From: Macrostomum lignano
Taxonomy: Eukaryota
NCBI GenBank assembly: GCA_002269645.1
Contig: NIVC01000916.1
Span: forward strand, 124,001-188,000
Direction: 5' to 3'
Length of the DNA stretch: 64,000 nt
Below, piece after piece: positions 56,661 through 64,000 of this stretch (its first letter is position 1; every line of letters begins with the position of its first letter). The notes below the pieces were generated by a model, which searched no databases, was not told where the DNA came from, and saw nothing but the letters and a program-made list of their open reading frames with translations. The position numbers and the translations under genes were made by a program.

Positions 56661-58749
56661 TGATGAGAAGCATGAGAACGGCATAGCAACATGAGAAATG
56701 GGAGAATTGCGCAATCCGGAGGCGGGGTGGGTGATAATTGGCGCAGCGGGAGGCCGCGAAAGTGTTGTGCAAGCAAACATTGAGAACAATGGGGCGGGGG
56801 TCGAGAACAAAAGAATTGGAAATCGGGGATAATTGGGGAGAATCGAGGACAATGGAAAAGTAAACATTGGAAAAAAGGTGATAATTAGGTGCGAAAATGA
56901 GAACAATAGAAAGAGAAAATCGGAGAAAATGTGATAATTGGTGGGGATAAAGAGAACAAAAGAATCAAAAACGAGAACAATAGAAGCGGATGTGGGGTGG
57001 GTGTCGCATGAGAAATTTGGGGAGGAGAACAATAGCATGAGAAAAGGTTGCGCAAGAGACGGGAATAAGTCGTCGATGAGTCATCGAGGGGAAGGAGGGG
57101 TCACACGACCTGCGTCACCGTTTGGGAGTTTGAGAAGGGATGGGGGCGGTGAGCACACAAAATACTGTAAGTAGACGCAGAGAAAGGGGGACAGCGCAGG
57201 AAAATAGTGCAGAAAGAGACAAAAAGAGAGGGGGCAGGAAAATTACACGAAGAATAGAGGGAAGCGCAGAGGAGATAGGGTAGAAGGGGAGGTACAGAGA
57301 GGGTAGGGAGCTCCGGAAAGGCAAGTGTGGCGGCAGGGGAGACGGAGCCAAGGCAGCAGGGGGTGCAGCAGAGCGGTAGTCTGCAGGCCTGGTCGAAGAC
57401 CTTAGCCCAGTCTCGACGGCTCTGCGCAGGGGGTGCACGGCGATGAGCGGGACCCTTCGAAAAAGTTTCCCTGCCCTATCCCGCGACCAGAGCGTGATTA
57501 CATCAGTAGTTAATAATACATGTACCTTTGCACGCTTAATATTTAACAACAAAACTTATCTCTACTTTTGCCACTTTAATTTACTGATTGCAAGTGGATC
57601 CACACGCAGCCGTGGAGTGGATTGGAGCATAAGAAAACTCCAGCGTTGGAGCGAGTACTGGAGCTGATATATACGTCCAGTACTGGAGTTTCGGTTTTGG
57701 CACTGGAAAAGTGCAGATAACTCTACTGGATGACCTTCTGGCGCTCTGGGACCGGCGCCAATCGACTCAGGGAGCCGAAATCTATCAGAAAATGTTGGGC
57801 GCATAGGCGCAAAAGCCACTCTGCAAAATGCCAAAATGTTGTATCCTCCCCGCCGGCCTAGGTGCACTTGTCAAATTTGCACCTTATCAACCTGCTGTCA
57901 GTAAAGATTCTGCAAGTAAACTGGCTGTCCTGCAACTTGCAACTAATCAAAACTACGCAAGCCGCTGAGCAGTGTCGCACTAAACTGCACGCTAAAATCG
58001 ACCATCAATCTAGTATTGGAGTCTGCAAGGCTCTAATGCTGGAGTTTCCTTTATATTCCACTACTGGAGTTACGCCAAAATGCACTTCTTTCCGAGCCAT
58101 ACGACTGTAAGATATATGCTAGTATCGGAAAACTCCGTATAAACTGTAAAAGGCAAACATAGATGGCTATAACAAAGTTAGCATCTATACAGGCCAGGTG
58201 TTTGAAAGAAACATTCAGCTACGGCTTCAGTTTGCGAAGTCGGTGAGAGCAAACGGGGGTTGATTGCCTGGACGTCTCGGGAATCTCACCATGCCTTTAT
58301 ACATTTAGATGAAGTTGGCCAGCCTTCGAGACACTTGCACAGCAGATCTGCATGGGTCCAGTTGAACATGGAAAATTTTTTCAAGGATCTTCTCAAACGC
58401 AAGCACGGAAGTGTTAGCGCAACGCTGCCCAGAATCAAGAGAATGGGCATGACAGAAGCAGCTGCAAAGAACTCTCTATAGTAGTGAATTCTCTACAAGC
58501 AGTGGAAGTATGAGCAGGCAAGTTTGTTTCAATGATTCGACCGGTCTGACAAATTTTATTTGTGTGAACGTAGTCACTGTAATAAATAAAGGCTTTTCCT
58601 CGGTAGAAAATCGAGCAACGTGGATAAACTTACATTTAGCTCGTCAAAACTGACATTCTCCTCAATTCATCGGTGACATCATGCTGACAACATGCGGATG
58701 GCGAAGCTTGAAGTTGTAGTCGTGAAGTTGAAGAGGCAATTAACGGGAG

Positions 58750-59228
58750 CACGAGAATTTCCCGCAGGAATTTTTCCCGCCGAGCTTTCCCCGCAGGAGC
58801 TTTCCCGCACGAGATTCTCCCGCAGCAAGTTTTTACCGCAGCGAGAGTTTCCCCGCAGGAAATTTCCCCGTCGAGATTTTCCTGCCGAGCTTTTACCGCC
58901 CAGATTTTCCCGCACGAATTTTCCCCGCACAGACTTTTTCCAGCAGAAAGATTTTCCCGCAAGAAATTTCTCGTGATTGCCTGTTTACCTTCCTACCTGT
59001 CTGTCTGTCTGTCTGCCTGGCTGGCTGGTGGCTGCCTGTGTCGAATTTATCAAAAGAAAATCGCGTCTCTGCTAATAGCTTTCCTTTTTATAATTTCTTT
59101 CTTAAGGTAAACAGGCAATCACGAGAAATTTCTTGCGGGAAAATCTTTCTGCTGGAAAAAGTCTGTGCGGGGAAAATTCGTGCGGGAAAATCTGGGCGGT
59201 AAAAGCTCGGCAGGAAAATCTCGACGGG
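58750..59228. mobile_element. MITE-like sequence with TTTTCCCGC subrepeats; perfect 125-bp inverted repeat (58867-58991 / 59104-59228) around a 112-bp spacer
   Basis: Base-by-base reverse-complement match over 125 bp. The right copy starts TTAA|GGTAAACAGG. Confidence 0.75.
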
Positions 59229-60816
59229 CTGCAGCTAAGTCAAGTAACCCTCTACTACTGTACACAACTCTCAAATCTGCTCAATAACTTGCATGTAGAT
59301 AGTGCATGTGCACTTGCCAAGCGGAGAGAAGGCTAAACACTTCTACCCGGTATTGTGCTTCTCAGTTCAAATACGTATTTAAGAAATTAATAACATGCAA
59401 TCCGTGTTTCCCATTCAAGTTATTTTCAGCAGTACAGCATTTTTGCGCCCCCCTCATAATTGGTACCCCTCATACTCATGTTGGCCTCCCAAACTTGGAC
59501 CGCCCCCTCCCAAAATGAAATTCTAGATCCGCCATTGCTCGTGCATGATAAGACTAACTGAATTTACTATTACTAATATACCTATACTAATTATAGATCA
59601 TTTGCCTTGATCGAATGGAAACAACTTACATATGTAAATGTCCATGTACCAGGAAAGTCATAAGGCTATTTAAAAGTGACAGGATGTCAGGTACGAGACT
59701 TTTACACAGAGGCTTTTCTCGCCGAGCTTTCCTCTCATGTTTAACCAACAGGTGCTGCAGAGACAGAGGGCGAGGAGAAAGGGAGGCCAAGAGGGGTAGA
59801 CAAACTATTGAGACTACTGTAATGTAAAATCACATACTTTATACCTCTCGCCCTATGGCTCTACCTCCAACTATTCTTTGTGACCGTCGTGTGACCATAT
59901 TTGTGTCATCAAAAGAGAATTCGATAAAACAGGAATGTTTCAGAACAGGACAGAGTGAATTATCGTAAAAAGCATAGGTAAAAGCAGTGAAGTCTGTTTT
60001 ATTTTGGAGGCACTTGTTTATAATATATATAAGTTTCGTCGGAAAAACGCGCTGCATGGTTCTCTCGAAGTTTGGTTAGCAAAACTCGACAGGGGGGACA
60101 AAAAACTGGTTACAGCAGTACAGAGCGAGAGAAAGAGGGTCACCGTTTGATGGTAGTGCAATATTGCAGAGGTCACGGATTAAATGTTCTACATGCTACA
60201 GTCACAGACAAGTGTGACCAAACATATTTAAACGGCTAACAGCTAATTTCTGTCCAATGTGGCTGAATAGTCATACATGTCGTAGTCGTCACTGTCGTCT
60301 TCTTTCTGAGATCCTTCTACGAGGATCCTGCGTGCACTCTTGCGTCCTGTGCATCGGCAGCAGCATAATGCACATTGCTTAGTCTCATCTCGACACCTGC
60401 CAATGAACGAGAGAAAAAGTCCTTTTATTTAAAATGCAAATGCATGATGCAAAGCATTCCAATACAGTTCATAGCTAATCTGCATTGTTAGCACTTGATG
60501 CTGGAGTGACTATGAGCGGAGAAGCTGAATAGGTTATGTACGCGACCAAAACAATTCACTGATTTCAACAGGAAGAAGCTAAATACATGCCATCTTACCA
60601 TCTACGTACTCTTTTTGTTTCAAACGACCTCATTTAACGTATTCTGCTGATGATATTGTAGAGTTTATAAGCGGCAGCACATAATACTCATATTTTTTAC
60701 TCACTGCTAATTCCACGCGAAGATAAATAACTGGCAAGGATCGCCTCTGAAGGAAATCGGATAATATGCTCCTTCATTAGTCCTTCGTTCGCCCTTAGCA
60801 CTCGCAACACTCGTAG

Positions 60817-63800
60817 ATGATAGCACGCGGAGCAGCGAGCTGCAGCAAGCGGCAGGCAGCAAACAGTCCTGCGATCGTCCTCCGCTTGAGCCGGTGGTCA
60901 CTGCAGCCGAAGTGGCAGGCAGCAAAAAGTCCTGCGATCGTCCTCCGCTTGAGCCGGTGGTCACTGCAGCAAGCGGCAGGCAGCAAACAGTCCTGCGATC
61001 GTCCTCCGCTTGAGCCGGTGGTCACTGCAGCCGAAGTGGCAGGCAGCAAACAGTCCTGCGATCGTCCTCCGCTTGAGCCGGTGGTCACTGCAGCCGAAGC
61101 GGCAGCATTCATCGGATCCTTGCAAAATAGAATTTCTTTTCTGGCATCCCAAATCCCAAATGGCTTTCATAAACGCACAGTTCCCCGTTGGAAAGCCGAA
61201 TACTAAGTGCGGCGTCAGCGTTAGCTGACTCGCATGTACGCACCATAAATAATGAGAGTGAAGCGTCTGAAGTAAATAATGATGCATTATCTTTTTAAAT
61301 AATACCAAAACGAAACAATCTTCTCAGTTTCGAACATAAATGGAGACAGTACACAGGGGCACAGTGGGAGATAGCCTGGAAGTGGTTGCCATGCCATGGA
61401 AGGGGTAGCCTGGGAGGAGTAGTCAGGAAAGGGGTTTTGGGAGAGGTAGCCTGGGAGGGGTAGAATGGGAGAGCTGCTTGGGAAGGGTAGCCTGGGAGGG
61501 GTAGAATGGGAGAGCTGCCTGGGAAGGGTAGCCTGGGAAAGGTAGCCTGGGAGGGGTAGAATGGGAGGGCTGCCGGGGAAGGATAGCCAGGAAGGATTGC
61601 CTGGAAGGAGTCTGGGAGGGCCTGGGAGGGCTGCGGCTGCCTAGGAAGGGTAGCCTGGGAAGGGTAGCCTGGGAGGGCTGCCTAGGAAGGGTAGCCTGGG
61701 AGGGGTAGAATGGGAAGGGTAGCCAGGAAGGATTGACTGGAAGAGGTAGCCTGGGAAGGATAGCCTGGGAAGGGTAGAATCGGAGAGCTGCCTGGGAAGG
61801 GTAGCCTGGGAGGGGTAGAATGGGAGAGCTGCCTGGGAAGGGTAGCCTGGGAAGGGTAGCCTGGGAAGGGTAGCCTGGGAAGGGTAGTCAGGAAGGATTG
61901 ACTGGAAGAGGTAGCCTGGGAAGGGTAGCCTGGGAGGGGTAGAATGGGAGAGCTGCCTGGGAAGGGTAGCCAGGAAGGATTGACTGGAAGAGGTAGCCTG
62001 GGAAGGATAGCCTGGGAAGGGTAGAATCGGAGAGCTGCCTGGGAAGGGTAGCCTGGGAGGGGTAGAATGGGAGAGCTGCCTGGGAAGGGTAGCCTGGGAA
62101 GGGTAGTCAGGAAGGATTGACTGGAAGAGGTAGCCTGGGAAGGGTAGCCTGGGAGGGGTAGAATGGGAGAGCTGCCTGGGAAGGGTAGCCAGGAAGGATT
62201 GACTGGAAGAGGTAGCCTGGAAGGGTAGCCTGGGAGAGGTAGAATGGGAGAGCTGCCTAGGAAGGGTAGCCAGGAAGGATTGCCTGGGAAAGGTAGCCTG
62301 GGAGGGCTGCCTAGGAAGGGTAGCCTGGGAGGGCTGCCTAGGAAGGGTAGCCTGGGAGGGGTAGCCAGGAAGGATTGCCTGGAAAAGGTAGCCTGGGAAG
62401 GGTAGCCTGGGAGGGGTAGAATGGGAAGGGTAGCCAGGAAGGATTGACTGGAAGAGGTAGCCTGGGAAGGGTAGCCTGGGAGGGGTAGAATGGGAGAGCT
62501 GCCTGGGAAGGGTAGCCTGGGAAGGGTAGCCTGGGAAGGGTAGCCTGGGAAGGGTAGCCTGGGAAGGGTAGCCAGGAAGGATTGACTGGAAGAGGTAGCC
62601 TGGGAAGGGTAGCCTGGGAGGGGTAGAATGGGAGAGCTGCCTGGGAAGGGTAGCCTGGGAAGGGTAGCCAGGAAGGATTGACTGGAAGAGGTAGCCTGGG
62701 AAGGATAGCCTGGGAGGGGTAGAATAGGAGAGCTGCCTGGGAAGGGTAGCCTGGGAAGGGTAGCCAGGAAGGATTGACTGGAAGAGGTAGCCTGGGAAGG
62801 GTAGCCTGGGAGGGGTAGAAATAGAATGGGAGAGGTAGCCTGGGAAGGGTTAGCCTGGGAAGGGTAGCCTGGGAAGGGTAGCCTGTGAGGGGTAGAATGG
62901 GAAGGGTAGCCTGGGAGGGGTAGAATGGGAGGGCTACCTGGGAAGGGTAGCATGGGAGAGGTAGCCTGGGAAGGGTAGCCTGGGAAGGGTAGCCTGGGAA
63001 GGGTAGCCTGGGAGGGGTAGAATAGGAGAGCTGCCTGGGAAGGGTAGCCTGGGAAGGGTAGCCAGGAAGGATTGACTGGAAGAGGTAGCCTGGGAAGGGT
63101 AGCCTGGGAGGGGTAGAAATAGAATGGGAGAGCTGCCTGGGAAGGGTAGCCTGGGAAGGGTAGCCAGGAAGGATTGACTAGAAGAGGTAGCCTGGGAAGG
63201 ATAGCCTGGGAGGGGTAGAATGGGAGAGTTGCTTGGGAAGGGTAGAATGGGAGAGCTGCCTGGGAAAGGTAGCCAGGAAGGATTGCCTAGAAGAGGTAGC
63301 CTGGGAGAGGTAGAATGGGAGAGCTGCCTGGGAAAGGTAGCCAGGAAGGATTGCCTAGAAGAGGTAGCCTGGGAGAGGTAGAATGGGAGAGCTGCCTAGG
63401 AAGGGTAGCCAGGAAGGATTGCCTGGGAGAAGTAGCCTAGGAAGGGTAGCCATAGAGAAGTAGCCTAATAGGGCTGTCTGGGAAGGGTAGCAGCCTAGGA
63501 GAGGTTGAATGGGAAGGATAGCCTAGGAAGGCTACTTGGGTGGGGTAGAGTAAAAAAGGGGCTGTCTAAGAGGGCTGCCTGGGAAGGCTGCCTTAAGGGT
63601 TTGCTTAGAAAGGCTACCTAAGAAAGATAGCTTAGAAGGACTACCTGGGAGGAATAGTCTAAAATAGATAGCCTAGATGTCCTGGAAGGGGAGCCTAGAA
63701 GGGCTACCTAGAAGAGGTAGCAAGGGAGATCCAAGGGTCCCAAGGGGGCATAGCCATGATATCCTCCTTAACTATGGTTAAAAAAACTTTGCATCACATT

Positions 63801-64000
63801 TTTGGCCTATAACTATATACGTACAAGGTTTATTTTCTAATTTTAGGTTATAGTTGCTTTGTATAGTTTGCCCTTTTCAAATTTCTCTAGATATTTCCTT
63901 GAAAGATAATTATAAAGGCTAGCCAAAGAAAAAATAGCTTAGAATAAAGAAGCCTAGCTAGAATAAACTAGATTAGGTAGACTAAGTGAGGTAGACTAGC
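60817..64000 (-). repeat. Right arm of giant inverted repeat (63-bp array x~4, unique segment, GGGAAGGGTAGCCTG array 61390-63500, outer AT-rich part), running off the window
   Basis: Reverse complement of 51310-54172; the last bases of the window match 51310 onward. Confidence 0.92.

Noticed and set aside
57115-58481. Short ORFs in the spacer as transposase fragments
   Set aside because: No DDE, hAT-dimerisation or other recognisable motif.
60225-60385. Minus-strand acceptor followed by a Cys-rich frame (CALCCCRC...)
   Set aside because: About 50 codons, no upstream exon or homology recognised; within chance.

Overview
Eukaryotic (animal) genomic DNA. GC-rich spliced exons, GT-AG introns filled with minisatellites and AT-rich intergenic DNA; the style resembles the flatworm Macrostomum (inference, not proven). 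Exons 1.6-47.5 kb encode six recognisable genes reconstructed with phase-consistent splice junctions: CCM2/malcavernin (-), TopBP1 (-), mitochondrial thiolase ACAA2 (-), SPATA6 (+, intronless), AXDND1 (+, 11 exons) and ASPM/abnormal spindle (-). There is also a probable small secreted Cys-rich orphan gene (+). TopBP1 needs three and ASPM one single-base insertion to stay in frame. From 47.5 kb on there are no clear host genes. That part holds a MITE and a >12 kb foldback-like structure: arms of about 3 kb, built from tandem repeats, around a 6.6 kb spacer with a decayed RNase H non-LTR retroelement, a textbook Pol II promoter and a perfect 125-bp hairpin. The most unusual signals are this giant inverted repeat with an inside-to-outside divergence gradient, local domains with a RIP-like CpG->TpA mutational signature, a ~50-copy EQERL insert in ASPM, and a possible trans-spliced operon organisation. 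Most long ORFs in the supplied track are repeat artefacts. All counts and alignments were done by eye.
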